Notes under the pieces: generated by a model
What the model was told of the DNA's origin: nothing
Databases searched by the model: none
The model's input: only the letters and a program-made list of their open reading frames with translations
Shown: positions 24,670 to 35,257 of the stretch, in pieces
Layout: each line of letters opens with the position of its first letter
Numbering within the stretch: position 1 is the stretch's first letter
Program-made: the position numbers and the translations under genes
Assembly (NCBI GenBank): GCA_963844825.1
Contig: CAWJPQ010000011.1
Coordinates: 215,869-279,868, forward strand
DNA from: an uncultured Gammaproteobacteria bacterium
GTDB lineage: Bacteria > Pseudomonadota > Gammaproteobacteria > CAWJPQ01
DNA: 64,000 bases
Direction: 5' to 3'

Positions 24670-26486
24670 CAGAACATCCCCGCCGAGGTCTTCTTCAGGC
24701 CGGAGCGCCACTCGCCGTCACTGTCTTCCGTAGCCACGCTCTGCGAGTGCGGGGGCGGCGCCTGGCGAGCCGCCTGTACCTGGCCCGCCCCCGGCCGGTA
24801 TGACGGGGCCGAGGGCAGATTGTCGGGGGGGATGTCCAGCAGGCGCACGGCGCCCGCCATGATCCGCTCGAAGATGGGTGCGGCCACCTGCCCCCCGTAG
24901 TATTTCCCGGTGGAGGGATCATTGACCACCACCACGCCCACCAGGCGGGGATGGCTGGCGGGGACCATGCCGACGAAGATCGCCATGTAGCGGTCCTCGG
25001 AATAGCCGCCCGGCACCGGCTTGTGCACCGTGCCCGTCTTGCCGGCGACCCGGTACCCCGGGATATGGGCCTGGGGGGCGGTCCCCTCATTCGAGACCAC
25101 CGACTCCAGCATGGTGCGCACCTGGCGGGCGGTCTCGGCGTGCATGATCTGCGTCGCCGGCGGCGGATGGTCCAGACGCACGAACGACACCGGCTTGAGG
25201 CGCCCCCCGTCGGCGAAGACCGTATAGGCCCGCGCCAGCTGCAGCGGCGTCACCGATATCCCGTAGCCGAACGACATGGTGGCCTGTTCGACCTTGTTCC
25301 AGCGCCAATAATCCGAGAGGTGGCCGCCGACCTCGCCGGGAAACCCGCTGCCGGTCACCTGGCCGAAGCCGACCCGCGAGAACATGCCCCACAGACGCTT
25401 GGGGAGCATGGACAGGGCGATCTTGCTGGCCCCCACATTGCTGGATTTCTGTATCACCGTGCTGACGTCGATCAGGCCGAAATTGCGCGAATCGTGGATG
25501 GTGTCGTGGCCGACCCGGAACACCCCGGGGGTGGTGTTGATCATGGTGTGCGGCGTATAGGCCCCGCTCTCCAGGGCGGCTGCGATGGTAAAGGCCTTGA
25601 TGGTCGAGCCGGGCTCGAATACATCGGTGACCGCGCGGTTGCGCATGTGCGACCGGTGCAGGTCGGTGCGGCTGTTGGGGTTGTAGGACGGTTGGTTCAC
25701 CATGGCCAAGACCTCGCCGGTTCGGGCATCCAGGACCACCGCCGAACCCGAGCGCGCTTGGAATTGCATTATGCCTGATTTCAGCTCCCGATAGGCCAAA
25801 TACTGCACCCGCCGGTCCAGGCTCAGCGCCAGGTCGCGGCCGGGCACCGGCTTGGAGATGCTCTCCACGTCCTCCACGATGCGCCCGAGCCGGTCCTTGA
25901 TGACCCGCTTGCTGCCCGGCTTGCCCTTGAGCCAGTGGTTGTAGACCAGCTCCATGCCCTCCTGGCCCACGTCATCGATATTGGTGAAGCCGATCACGTG
26001 GGCCGCCACCTCGGCGGTGGGATAGTAGCGGCGGTATTCGCGCTGCAGGGATACGCCCGGCACGCCCACGTTCATCACGCGCCTGGCGGTCGCCGGATCC
26101 ACGTCCCGCTTGATGTAGACGAATTCACGGTCGGCATGGCCCTCCAGTCGGTGGCGCAGCTGATCGGCATCCATGTCGAGCAGCTGCGCCACCCGCCCCC
26201 ACTGCTGCGGGGAGGCCTGGAGGGTGTCCTGGGGGTTGGCCCACACCGAGTCCACGGGGGTGCTGATGGCGAGCGGCTCGCCGTTGCGGTCGGTAATCAT
26301 GCCCCGGTTGGCGGCGATCTTGACCTCCCGCAGGTACCGGGCGTCGCCCTGGTCCTGGAGGAAGTCCTTGCGCACCACCTGCAGGTCCACCGCCCGCACC
26401 ACCAGCAGCGCCAGCGCCGCGCCGATGGAGAACAGCACGATGTGGCGCCGGCCCCGCTTGAACTGATCCTTGCGCTCGCGCCTCAT
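24669..26486 (-). CDS. ftsI: peptidoglycan D,D-transpeptidase FtsI (PBP3)
   Basis: 605 aa. N-terminal TM, dimerisation domain, and transpeptidase motifs STIK, SSN and KTG. Pro/Gln-rich C-terminal tail. Confidence 0.95.
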   Translation of the reverse strand: MRRERKDQFKRGRRHIVLFSIGAALALLVVRAVDLQVVRKDFLQDQGDARYLREVKIAANRGMITDRNGEPLAISTPVDSVWANPQDTLQASPQQWGRVAQLLDMDADQLRHRLEGHADREFVYIKRDVDPATARRVMNVGVPGVSLQREYRRYYPTAEVAAHVIGFTNIDDVGQEGMELVYNHWLKGKPGSKRVIKDRLGRIVEDVESISKPVPGRDLALSLDRRVQYLAYRELKSGIMQFQARSGSAVVLDARTGEVLAMVNQPSYNPNSRTDLHRSHMRNRAVTDVFEPGSTIKAFTIAAALESGAYTPHTMINTTPGVFRVGHDTIHDSRNFGLIDVSTVIQKSSNVGASKIALSMLPKRLWGMFSRVGFGQVTGSGFPGEVGGHLSDYWRWNKVEQATMSFGYGISVTPLQLARAYTVFADGGRLKPVSFVRLDHPPPATQIMHAETARQVRTMLESVVSNEGTAPQAHIPGYRVAGKTGTVHKPVPGGYSEDRYMAIFVGMVPASHPRLVGVVVVNDPSTGKYYGGQVAAPIFERIMAGAVRLLDIPPDNLPSAPSYRPGAGQVQAARQAPPPHSQSVATEDSDGEWRSGLKKTSAGMF

Positions 26487-26755
26487 TGCCTTACAAACAC
26501 CACGCTGTCAGGAGACGGGTTGATCATCTCCAGCTTCTGGCGCGCCACGTGCTCCACGCGGCTCTGCGTCCCCCATGTGCTCTGCTCCAGCTGCAATTTT
26601 CCCCACTCGACGTTCAAGGCGTCACGCCGGGCGAGCAGCGACTGCTTCTTGGCGAACAGCACGCGCACCTCGTACTGCACGTAGACCACCCCGACGGCGG
26701 AGACCACCACCGCCATGACCAGGGCCGCCAATGCACTGAGCTTGCCGACACTCAT
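26483..26755 (-). CDS. ftsL: cell division protein FtsL
   Basis: The ORF-track ORF (178 aa) is over-extended. The 90-aa FtsL-like product [38 protein letters not shown]... starts at ATG 26755, overlapping the rsmH stop in ATGA. Confidence 0.85.
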   Translation of the reverse strand: MSVGKLSALAALVMAVVVSAVGVVYVQYEVRVLFAKKQSLLARRDALNVEWGKLQLEQSTWGTQSRVEHVARQKLEMINPSPDSVVFVRQ

Positions 26756-27687
26756 GACACCTTCTCTGCAACCCGCAACACCGCACTGCGGGCACGCGGA
26801 TTCGCCGCCACCTCCGCGGCGCCCGCGCGCACGGCCTTGCCGACGGGGCGCAGCGTGGGGTGAAGCTGCACGTCCCTGACGGGCAGGTCGGGCGGCAGGT
26901 CGTCCCCCTTGGCCAGGCGACGGATGAAGCGCTTTACGATCCTGTCCTCCAGGGAGTGGAAGCTGATCACGGCCAGGCGCCCGCCCGGCGCCAGGACGTC
27001 CATGACGTCGGCCAGGCACTGGTGCAGGGCGTCGAGCTCGCCGTTGATGAAGATCCGGATGGCCTGGAAGCTGCGGGTGGCGGGGTCCTTGCCCCGCTCA
27101 CGGGTGGGACTGGCCTTGGCGATGATGCCCGCCAGCTGGCGGGTGGTCTCGATAGGGGCCTGGGCCCGGGCGGCCACGATGGCGCGGGCAATGCGCCTGG
27201 CGTAACGCTCCTCGCCGAAGCCGAACAGGACATCGGCGATCTCCTGCTGCGAGGCGTCGGCGAGCCACTGGGCCGCGGTGGGCCCGGCGCCTTGATCCAG
27301 GCGCATGTCCAGGGGACCGTCGGACTGGAAGCTGAAACCGCGCCGCGGCTCATCCAGCTGCGCCGAGGAGATGCCCAGGTCCAGCAGGACGCCGTTGACG
27401 CGGCCGAGCAGGCCGGCCCGCTCGACAATACCGCGTATCCCGGCGAAGGACCCCTGGGCGATCGTTACCCGCGGATCGGCGCCGAAGCGCTGGCGGGCCG
27501 CCGCGATGGCCTCCGGGTCCCTGTCGATCATGACCAGCCTTCCACTGTCCCCCAGCTTGCCCAGTATCGAGGCACTGTGGCCGCCGCGGCCGAACGTCGC
27601 ATCCACGTAAGCGCCCGCCGGCGTAACGGCCAGGGCGTCCACCGCCTCGCTCAACATCACCGGCCGGTGGGACTGGGACGGCTCCAT
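26752..27687 (-). CDS. rsmH: 16S rRNA (cytosine1402-N4)-methyltransferase RsmH (MraW)
   Basis: Start at internal [19 protein letters not shown] (ATG 27687, AGAGGGG SD). SAM-binding motifs. The ORF-track ORF is 39 codons too long. Confidence 0.9.
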   Translation of the reverse strand: MEPSQSHRPVMLSEAVDALAVTPAGAYVDATFGRGGHSASILGKLGDSGRLVMIDRDPEAIAAARQRFGADPRVTIAQGSFAGIRGIVERAGLLGRVNGVLLDLGISSAQLDEPRRGFSFQSDGPLDMRLDQGAGPTAAQWLADASQQEIADVLFGFGEERYARRIARAIVAARAQAPIETTRQLAGIIAKASPTRERGKDPATRSFQAIRIFINGELDALHQCLADVMDVLAPGGRLAVISFHSLEDRIVKRFIRRLAKGDDLPPDLPVRDVQLHPTLRPVGKAVRAGAAEVAANPRARSAVLRVAEKVS

Positions 27688-27694
27688 GACCCCT

Positions 27695-28162
27695 CTAAAA
27701 CGAAAGGGACTCCAGTTGGCTCGACAGGGGTCCCTCGTCTCCTTCATCCTCGGCCAACCATGCATCACGGCGCTCGATCCAGATTTGCTCGTTCCAAAGC
27801 TCAAATTTCTTCCCCTGTCCGATCAACACCACGTGCTTGTCGATGGATGCAAAATCTCTCAGCGGCGACGGCAACAGTACCCGGCCATGGCCGTCGAGCT
27901 CACACTCGGTGGCATGGCCGATGAGCAGGCGCTGCAGGCGGCGGGACTGTTTGCTGAGGGCGGGCAGTTTCGTCAGCTCTTCTTCGATGACCTCCCACTC
28001 CGGGAACGGGTAGATCGGCAGACACGGGTCCACCCGGTCTACCGTAATGACAAGCTTTCCATCGCAATGCTCACGCAGGCGCTGGCGAAATCTCGCGGGA
28101 ATCGCGATTCGCCCCTTCGCATCGAGATTGATTGAGTGGACGCCACGAAACAAATACCGCAC
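27695..28162 (-). CDS. mraZ: transcriptional regulator MraZ
   Basis: Two SpoVT/AbrB-like halves: ...[19 protein letters not shown]... Start is GTG 28162, or TTG 28153 with a GGGAG SD 8 nt upstream. Confidence 0.9.
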   Translation of the reverse strand: MRYLFRGVHSINLDAKGRIAIPARFRQRLREHCDGKLVITVDRVDPCLPIYPFPEWEVIEEELTKLPALSKQSRRLQRLLIGHATECELDGHGRVLLPSPLRDFASIDKHVVLIGQGKKFELWNEQIWIERRDAWLAEDEGDEGPLSSQLESLSF

Positions 28163-28180
28163 TCCCGCTGCACATTTTTA

Positions 28181-28240
28181 CCACCAAGACCCACCACGAC
28201 CCACAATGTGACACTATATACCCCCACAAGGCACTGTCAA
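28181..28240 (-). promoter_or_regulatory. Pmra-like sigma70 promoter with three GTGGG direct repeats (candidate MraZ operator) in front of mraZ
   Basis: Read on the minus strand: TTGACA (28240..28235), 16 nt, TATAGT (28217..28212). Immediately downstream are GTGGG-TCGTG-GTGGG-TCTTG-GTGG (28204..28181), three repeats at 10-bp periodicity, ~20-40 nt before the mraZ start. Confidence 0.6.
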
Positions 28241-28423
28241 GACCACTGAATAAGTTTTTTAAGCTGTTCCCTTGCATTGAAAATTTCGTCTGCGCGCAGC
28301 GCCGCCGAGACACCGGCGCCGGCCCAAAATGACCGCGCCGGCCCGTCGGATTTTGCGGGGCGCAAGCCGGTGAAAACGCCGCGGGCGCGGCGGGAAATCG
28401 GGAGAGCGAGAATAAAGAAAGAA

Positions 28424-28816
28424 GGAGGAGTCGGCCGATAAGCCGGGTTCTGTCGGGGACAGCCATTCATCTAGGGCGCGCGTCACCATGCGCCTCAAGC
28501 GACCAACCCGGGAGCAGTGCGGGCCACACCATCGCCCCCCTATTTGGTCTTGCTCCAGGTGGGGTTTACCCTGCCGCCCGTGTTGCCACCGGCGCGGTGC
28601 GCTCTTACCGCACCATTTCACCCTTACCCGGGCCCTGCGAAAAGGCCCGGGCGGTATATTTTCTGTGGCACTTTCCGTCAGCTCGCGCTGCCCAGGCGTT
28701 ACCTGGCACCTTGCCCTGTGGAGCCCGGACTTTCCTCCCCGCCACTATCCCTGGCGACTCCCCGCGACGGCGGTGCCGACCAGGGATAGTGGCGGGGCGA
28801 CTGTCAGGCCGACTCC
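28424..28816 (-). ncRNA. rnpB: RNase P RNA (bacterial type A, M1 RNA)
   Basis: Reverse complement contains GGAGGAAAGTCCGGGCTCCAC (CR-I), AAGGGTGAAATGGTGCGGTAAGAGCGCACC (CR-II/III), ACAGAACCCGGCTTAT (CR-IV/V) and a P1 helix (GGAGUCGGCC / GGCCGACUCC). Confidence 0.92.
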
Positions 28817-28862
28817 TGTCCATCAAAGATACTCGATATTCGCAAAAAACTCACGCGACGGC

Positions 28863-29717
28863 TTAGGCCTCCCCCGACAACTCTACAGCCCGTTGATATA
28901 GAAGGTTCTTTTTCTCCCCGCTCAACTCGGCGGCAATGGCGACCGCGGTCTTGACGGGGACGTGGCGCAGCAAAACCGTCAGCATGCGCTCGTGCTCCTC
29001 CTCCAGCGCACGCTGCTGCGGGACCCGCCGGCCGTGCACCACGACCACGAACTCGCCCCTTCGCTGGTCTTCATCGGCCTGGACACGGGCCACCAACTCA
29101 TCTAACGTAGCCCGCTGCACGGTCTCAAAAGTTTTGGTCAGCTCCCGGGCATAGGTCGCCTGGCGCTCCCCGCCGAAGGCGCCCGCCATGTCCGTGAGGG
29201 CGGCCGCAATGCGGTGCGGTGCCTCGTAGAAGACCATGGTGCGCGCCTCCCGGGCGAGCTCCGCCAAGCGCCCCCGGCGGGCGCCCGGCTTGGCGGGCAG
29301 GTAGCCTTCGAAGACGAAACGGTCGTTGGGCAGCCCCGCCACGGCAAGGGCGGATATGACGGCGCTGGGACCCGGGATTGGTATAATGCGCACGGCATGG
29401 GTATCATGCGCAGCATCGACCAAGTGGTAACCGGGGTCGCTGATCAACGGCGTGCCGGCGTCGCTGACCAGGGCCAGCGCCTGACCCTGAACCAGGCGGT
29501 CGATCAGTTGAGGGGTTATTTGGCGCTCATTATGCTCGTGATAAGCGATGCACGGCGTGCGGATATCATAATGGTCCAGGAGCTTCTTGGTGTGCCGCGT
29601 ATCTTCCGCGGCAATGAGATCCACCTCTTTCAAGACCTCGACGGCCCGGAAGCTGATATCGGCGAGATTGCCGATCGGCGTCGCCACCACATACAACCCA
29701 TGCTTGATGATTGACAT
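28863..29717 (-). CDS. rsmI: 16S rRNA (cytidine1402-2'-O)-methyltransferase RsmI
   Basis: The 815-aa ORF-track ORF is an artefact. Only its C-terminal 284 codons, MSIIKHGLYVVATPIGNLADIS... (ATG 29717), encode RsmI. The remainder is antisense to lpoA. Confidence 0.9.
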   Translation of the reverse strand: MSIIKHGLYVVATPIGNLADISFRAVEVLKEVDLIAAEDTRHTKKLLDHYDIRTPCIAYHEHNERQITPQLIDRLVQGQALALVSDAGTPLISDPGYHLVDAAHDTHAVRIIPIPGPSAVISALAVAGLPNDRFVFEGYLPAKPGARRGRLAELAREARTMVFYEAPHRIAAALTDMAGAFGGERQATYARELTKTFETVQRATLDELVARVQADEDQRRGEFVVVVHGRRVPQQRALEEEHERMLTVLLRHVPVKTAVAIAAELSGEKKNLLYQRAVELSGEA

Positions 29718-29816
29718 AACAGATGCCCGTCGCCCCCATGCCCTACGCTGATAACCTGCACCCCTGTGCCCGCCCGCTGGCGCCGGGGCGGCCGACGCGC
29801 CGGCCGCCCCCCGTTG

Positions 29817-31703
29817 ATGCGCGTGCGTACAGCAAGCACCTGCGGCAGACTCGTCGCCCTGTGCCTTGCGGCGCTGCTCGTCTCGTCGTGCGCGACCGGA
29901 CCGGTCCAGTCCCCCAAGAGCACCGAAGAGGCGACCTTGCAAAAGATCGCCGCCATGGAAGGGAAGGGAGACTTTCAAGGGGTCGCCCGGCAGTATAACA
30001 AACTCGCCGCCCGCCTCGGCCCGCCCCAGCGTCAGGAATACCGGCTCAAGGCGGCCGCGGCCCTGGTCAAGGGCAACTACATACGCCAGGCCAAGCGCAT
30101 CCTCGACGGCCTGACCGACCGGGAGCTGACGGTCAATCAATTCATACGCCGCCAGCTGCTGCTGGCGCACATCGCCCAGGCCGACCACGCGCCCGACCGG
30201 GTCCTCAAGCTGCTCGACATCCGACTGCCCGCCGACACCCCCGCGGAGTTGCAGGCGCAGTTTCACCGCCTGCGCGCCGATGCCCAATCCGCCGGGGGCA
30301 AACCCCTGGAGGCGATCAGGGAACTCATCGCGCGGGAGCAGTATCTGCCCGACCACGGGGCCGTGGTGGAGAACCAACAGCTGATCTGGCGCACCCTGCT
30401 GCAGCTGCCCGAACAGACCCTGAGCGCCTCCCCCGCCGCCGCCTCCAAGACCCTCAAGGGGTGGCTGGCGCTGGCCGCCATCGTCAAGCGCGCCCAGCAG
30501 CAGCCGGTCCAGATCAATCAGCTGATCACCAACTGGCAGACCCGCTACCCCGACCATCCCGTCACTCAGGAAATCCTCGCCCCGCTGCTGGCCACCCTGC
30601 CGCGGATCGCGCGGCCGACCCAGATCGCCCTGCTGCTGCCGCTCAGCGGCTCCTACGCCGGCCCGGCCCGGGCCCTGCGCAACGGCTTTTTGCTGGCCCG
30701 CTACGCCCACGGCGATGCCGATCATCAACCCGACATCCGCATCTATGACGTGGGCGAGCAGCCCGATGACATCGTCACCACGTATAAAAAGGCCGTCGAC
30801 GAAGGCGCCGAATTCGTCGTGGGCCCCCTGAGCAAGGAGGCGGTGCAGCAGCTGATGACCGGCGATACGGCGACCGTGCCCACACTGGCCCTCAACTACG
30901 GCCAGCAGGACAAGCCGACCCCGGGCTTTTATCAATTCGGCCTGTCCCCGGAGGACGAGGCGCGGCAAGTGGCCGAGCGCGCCTGGCTGGACGGGCACAA
31001 CCAGGCCATCGCCATCATCCCCGACGGCGACTGGGGGCAACGGGTGCTGGATGCCTTCGAGCGCCATTGGTCGGGATTGGGCGGCCTCACGGTCGAGGCC
31101 CAGAGCTACAACCCGCGCTCGAGCGACTTTTCCGCGGCCCTGCGCACGCTGCTCAATCTGGACCGGAGCCGGGCGCGCCGCGACGCCCTGGCCAAGATCC
31201 TGGGTCAATCGCTGGAGTTCAAGCCGCGCCGGCGCCGGGACGCCGATTTTGTCTTCATGGCCGCCTTCCCCCAGCAGGCGCGCCTGATACGCCCCCAACT
31301 GGAATTTCATTACGCGGGGGATCTACCCGTGTACGCCACCTCCCATACCTATTCCGGGACCCCAGACCAACGCGCCGACCACGACCTGGACGGGGTGATG
31401 TTCTGCGACATGCCCTGGATCCTGTCCGATGATCCGAAGACCGCCCGCCTCAAGGCGACGGTGCGCCGCCTGTGGCCCGAGCAGGCGCAGCAATTCATCC
31501 GCTTCTACGCCTTGGGCTACGACGCTTACAATATCATCCCTCAGCTGGACCAGCTCAAGCGGTTCCCCTACGATGAGTACAATGGCGAGACGGGTGTCCT
31601 GACCGTGGACCAGGACAACAAGGTCCATCGCCGGCTGCTATGGGCGCGGTTCGTCAACGGCGCGCCGAAATTGACCGATGCTATAATGCCCGTGCAACAC
31701 TGA
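29817..31703 (+). CDS. lpoA: penicillin-binding protein activator LpoA (lipoprotein)
   Basis: Start at MRVRTASTCGRLVALCLAALLVSSCATG (lipobox). TPR-like N-domain and periplasmic-binding-protein-like C-domain. Divergent from rsmI as in other gammaproteobacteria. Confidence 0.85.
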   Translation: MRVRTASTCGRLVALCLAALLVSSCATGPVQSPKSTEEATLQKIAAMEGKGDFQGVARQYNKLAARLGPPQRQEYRLKAAAALVKGNYIRQAKRILDGLTDRELTVNQFIRRQLLLAHIAQADHAPDRVLKLLDIRLPADTPAELQAQFHRLRADAQSAGGKPLEAIRELIAREQYLPDHGAVVENQQLIWRTLLQLPEQTLSASPAAASKTLKGWLALAAIVKRAQQQPVQINQLITNWQTRYPDHPVTQEILAPLLATLPRIARPTQIALLLPLSGSYAGPARALRNGFLLARYAHGDADHQPDIRIYDVGEQPDDIVTTYKKAVDEGAEFVVGPLSKEAVQQLMTGDTATVPTLALNYGQQDKPTPGFYQFGLSPEDEARQVAERAWLDGHNQAIAIIPDGDWGQRVLDAFERHWSGLGGLTVEAQSYNPRSSDFSAALRTLLNLDRSRARRDALAKILGQSLEFKPRRRRDADFVFMAAFPQQARLIRPQLEFHYAGDLPVYATSHTYSGTPDQRADHDLDGVMFCDMPWILSDDPKTARLKATVRRLWPEQAQQFIRFYALGYDAYNIIPQLDQLKRFPYDEYNGETGVLTVDQDNKVHRRLLWARFVNGAPKLTDAIMPVQH

Positions 31704-31724
31704 ACGATTGAGCACAACCCATTC

Positions 31725-32078
31725 ATGGCAAGACAGGGACGGCTTGCTGAGGAGTTCGCCTGCCGCTTTCTGCAGCGGCGGGGCCTTGAGCTGCTGGCGC
31801 GCAACTACTACTGCCGAAGGGGAGAAATCGACCTGGTCATGAACGACAGCGGGTGCATCGTATTCGTCGAGGTTCGATACCGCGGCAATCCCCGCTTCGG
31901 GACCGCCGCGGAGACCGTGGACCGGCGCAAGCAGGCACGGCTTATCGCCGCCGCGCAGCACTACCTGCAACGCCACCGGGCCGCGGCCGGGGCGCCCTGT
32001 CGTTTCGACGTGATCAGCGTCTCACCCGCCTCCTCGGCACAGCCCCTTCAATGGATCCGCGACGCCTTCCAGCTATGA
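31725..32078 (+). CDS. YraN/UPF0102 family endonuclease
   Basis: 117 aa: MARQGRLAEEFACRFLQRRGLELLARNYYCRRGEIDLV... Typical YraN located after lpoA. Confidence 0.85.
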   Translation: MARQGRLAEEFACRFLQRRGLELLARNYYCRRGEIDLVMNDSGCIVFVEVRYRGNPRFGTAAETVDRRKQARLIAAAQHYLQRHRAAAGAPCRFDVISVSPASSAQPLQWIRDAFQL

Positions 32079-32653
32079 CAAAGACGTGGGCCTGCTGCCT
32101 GATCAGCGCCGCCATCGCCCTCAGCCTTCAGGGCTGCGCCGGCCTGTTCGTCGCCGGGGCCGCCACGGGGGCCTCGGTCGCCGCCGACCGGCGCAGCACC
32201 GAGACCGTCTATGAGGACCAGGTCATCGAGGTCAAGGCCACCAACCACCTGTACGGTGACCAGGACCTCAAGGAGGACACCCACATCGGGGTCACCAGCA
32301 TCAATCACAATGTCCTGCTGACCGGCGAGGCGAAGACCGAGGCCCTGCGCAAGCGGGTCGTGGCCATGGTCAAGGGGATCAAGGGCGTGCGCTATGTGGT
32401 TGACGAGATCGCCATCGCCGAGCCCGCCTCCCTGGGCAGCCGCACCCACGACACCTGGATCACCGCCAAGGTCAAGAGCGAGCTGCTGGGCGACGCCGGC
32501 CTCGGGGGCCTGCGGATCAAGGTCGTGACCGAGAGGTCCATCGTCTACCTCATGGGGCTGGTCACCCGCAAAGAAGGCCAGGAGGCCGCCGATGTGGCCA
32601 AGCAGGTGAGCGGCGTCAACCAGGTCGTAAAGGTCTTTGAGTACACAGGTTGA
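32075..32653 (+). CDS. BON-domain lipoprotein (DolP/YraP-like)
   Basis: Start MTKTWACCLISAAIALSLQGCAG (lipobox) overlaps the yraN stop in ATGA. Two BON domains. Confidence 0.85.
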   Translation: MTKTWACCLISAAIALSLQGCAGLFVAGAATGASVAADRRSTETVYEDQVIEVKATNHLYGDQDLKEDTHIGVTSINHNVLLTGEAKTEALRKRVVAMVKGIKGVRYVVDEIAIAEPASLGSRTHDTWITAKVKSELLGDAGLGGLRIKVVTERSIVYLMGLVTRKEGQEAADVAKQVSGVNQVVKVFEYTG

Positions 32654-32801
32654 GCCGGGAGCCTCACCGAGCAATCATGGCACACCGGCGGCGGCGTTCC
32701 TTCGCTCCATAGTCACCACGGCGCCACTCATAAGGATCGCCGGTCTGCCCTCGAAACATCGCGCGCCTTGCGACACGCGGATTACTCGGAGAGGCACTTA
32801 G

Positions 32802-34182
32802 ATGATCACCGAACACATACGGTCCCGCCTGGCCGAGCTCGTCGGGCCCGGGGGCGTCATGACCGACCAGGCCGACTGCTGGCCCTACGGCTATGACAAC
32901 AGCCGCCGCCACGCCCTGCCCGGGGCGGTGGTGTTCGCCACCACCCACGACCAGGTCCGGGACATCCTGCGCCTGTGCAACGAATGCGGCCTGCCCATAA
33001 CCGCCCGGGGGCGGGGCACCGGGACCACGGGCGCCAGCGTGCCCGCCGCCGGGGGCATCGCCCTGTCCCTGGAGCGCATGAACCGCATCCTGCGGGTGGA
33101 CCCCGACAACCGCGTCCTGGTGGCGGAACCCGGCGTGACCAACCAGGCCGTTCAGGAGGCGGCCGGCGAGCACGGTTTTTTCTGGCCGCCGGACCCGACC
33201 AGCGCCGCCTACTGCACCCTCGGCGGCAACCTGGCGTACAACTCGGCGGGGCCGCGCGCCGTCAAGTACGGCACGCCGCGGGAGAACGTCCTCGGCCTGC
33301 GCGCCGTCACCGGCGGCGGGCGAGGAGCTGCGAGCCGGCGTCTATACCACCAAGGGCGTGGTGGGCTATGACCTGACCCGCCTGCTGGTCGGCTCGGAAG
33401 GCACGCTGGCGGTGATCACCGAGGCGACCCTCAAGCTGACCCCGCTGGCAGAGGCGAGCCGCACCCTGCGGGCCGTCTACGAGGACATGCAAAGCGCCGC
33501 CCGCGCCGTCTCGCGCATCATGGCCCAGCCCGTGACGCCGTGCGCCCTGGAGTTCATCGACGGCAAGGCCATCGACATGATCCGCCACTACTCCGAGGCC
33601 GACCTGCCCGAGGGTGCCGGCGCGATGCTCATGATCGAGGTCGATGGGATGAGCGACTGCATCGAGGGGGCCGTGGCACGGGTCAGCGAGGCGGCCCGGG
33701 GCGCCGGACTCATGACCCTGGAGGCCGCGCGCACCCGCGAGGAGGCCCAGGCCCTGTGGGCCACACGCAAGGCCCTGTCCCCCGCCCTGCGCAAGATCGC
33801 GCCCAAGAAGATCAACGAGGACGTGGCGGTTCCGGTCTCGCGCATGCCCGAGCTGATCAGCGGCCTGCAGACCCTGTCCGAGCAGCACCGTATCACCAAC
33901 GTCAATTTCGGCCACGCCGGCAACGGCAACATCCACGTCAACCTGCTGATCGACCCCGACGACGCCGACGAAGTGGCCCGGGCGCACGAATGCCTGGCGG
34001 CGGTGTTCGACCTGGTGTTGCGCCTGGACGGGACCCTGTCCGGCGAGCACGGCGTCGGCCTGGAAAAGCGGGACTTCGTCGACCGGGAGATCGACCCGGT
34101 GACCCTGGCGCTGATGAAGCGCATTAAACGCCTGTTCGACCCCAAGGGACTGCTCAACCCGGACAAGATGTTCCCCCTGTGA
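32802..34182 (+). CDS. FAD-linked oxidase (GlcD / D-lactate dehydrogenase family), interrupted by a +1 indel near 33310-33325
   Basis: FAD_binding_4 N-part (ORF 32802..33371) and C-terminal part (ORF 33358..34182, ...HGVGLEKRDFV...) are in adjacent frames. There is an extra G in a GGCGGCGGG run. Confidence 0.8.
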
Positions 34183-34202
34183 CGGCCGGGGGCCGGCCGC
34201 CC

Positions 34203-34712
34203 TCAGCGATCGGCGTCGCCCGCCTCGGCCAACGCCTTCTCGTACGCAGCCAAGTCCTCATCGTTGTGGCAGCAGCAGATGATCTTCTCGAACTGCGGCG
34301 CGTACTCGTGCATCACCGAGCAGGCGATCCGCGCCGCCTCGGCCTTCGGGTACCCGTAGGCCCCGGTACTGATGGCGGGAAAGGCGATGGTGGCGACACG
34401 GTGCTCCAGGGCCAATGCCAGGGCGTTGCGGTAGCAGTCTTCGAGAAGCCGCGCCTCGCCCTTGTCACCCCCCTGCCAGATGGGACCGACGGTGTGAATG
34501 ACCCACTTGGCCGGGAGATCGAACCCCGGCGTAATCTTGGCCTCGCCGGTCCGGCAGCCCCCCAGGGCGCGACAGGCCTCACGCAGTTGGGGTCCCGCGC
34601 CCCGGTGAATGGCCCCGTCGACGCCGCCGCCGCCGAGCAGGGTGTGGTTCGCCGCGTTGACGATTGCATCGACTTGCAGTTGAGTGATATCGCCTTTTAA
34701 CAGCCGGATCAT
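34203..34712 (-). CDS. macro-domain protein (O-acetyl-ADP-ribose deacetylase, YmdB-like)
   Basis: 169 aa: [40 protein letters not shown]... Canonical macro domain. Confidence 0.88.
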   Translation of the reverse strand: MIRLLKGDITQLQVDAIVNAANHTLLGGGGVDGAIHRGAGPQLREACRALGGCRTGEAKITPGFDLPAKWVIHTVGPIWQGGDKGEARLLEDCYRNALALALEHRVATIAFPAISTGAYGYPKAEAARIACSVMHEYAPQFEKIICCCHNDEDLAAYEKALAEAGDADR

Positions 34713-34752
34713 CGTTGCCTCCTATCCGATGTCAATCAGCCGTGCCCCGGGA

Positions 34753-35130
34753 CTATTTCACCACCCTGAGGTTGGGGCGAGTTGGTGCAGGCTCAGGCGG
34801 GTTATCCCCGCCGTCCTCTTCGGAGAAGACCATGCCTTGTCCCGTCTCTCTGGCGTAAATGGTCAAAACGGCACCCGGCGGCACGCTGACGGAGGTCGGC
34901 ACGCCGCCGAAACGGGCACTGAAGTGGATCCTGTCGTTCCCGAGCTCGAGCGCCTGGGTGGCGTGGGGACCGACGTTGAGGATGATCTTGTTGTCCTTGA
35001 TGTACTGGGTGGGGACCTGCACACCTGCAATCTGGGTATTGACCAGCAAATGGGGGGTACAGCCGTTGTCCACGATCCACTCGTAGACGGCTCTGATCAA
35101 ATAGGGCCGGCTTGATGTCATCGACGTCAT
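34753..35130 (-). CDS. sspB: ClpXP protease specificity-enhancing factor SspB
   Basis: ...SSRPYLIRAVYEWIVDNGCTPHLLVN... is the hallmark SspB N-domain. Acidic C-terminal tail. Confidence 0.88.
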   Translation of the reverse strand: MTSMTSSRPYLIRAVYEWIVDNGCTPHLLVNTQIAGVQVPTQYIKDNKIILNVGPHATQALELGNDRIHFSARFGGVPTSVSVPPGAVLTIYARETGQGMVFSEEDGGDNPPEPAPTRPNLRVVK

Positions 35131-35257
35131 GAAGTCCCGTCACTCCCCCTGGTCATGTAATCCTGACCTCGCAGACCATTATTGTACACATAATGGCGAC
35201 GGGGTGGGTATGGCGGATCGGGGGCGGGGCCCGCGGGGGGCCTTCGGAGCCGCAGAC

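Noticed and set aside
28071-28901. Seven overlapping ORF-track ORFs (60-137 aa) on both strands
   Set aside because: They lie entirely within the RNase P RNA gene and the mraZ promoter region. They have no SDs and are GC-rich open-frame artefacts.
29718-31310. N-terminal 530 codons of the 815-aa minus-strand ORF 28863..31310
   Set aside because: Only the C-terminal 284 codons (rsmI) are real. The rest is antisense to the well-supported lpoA gene.
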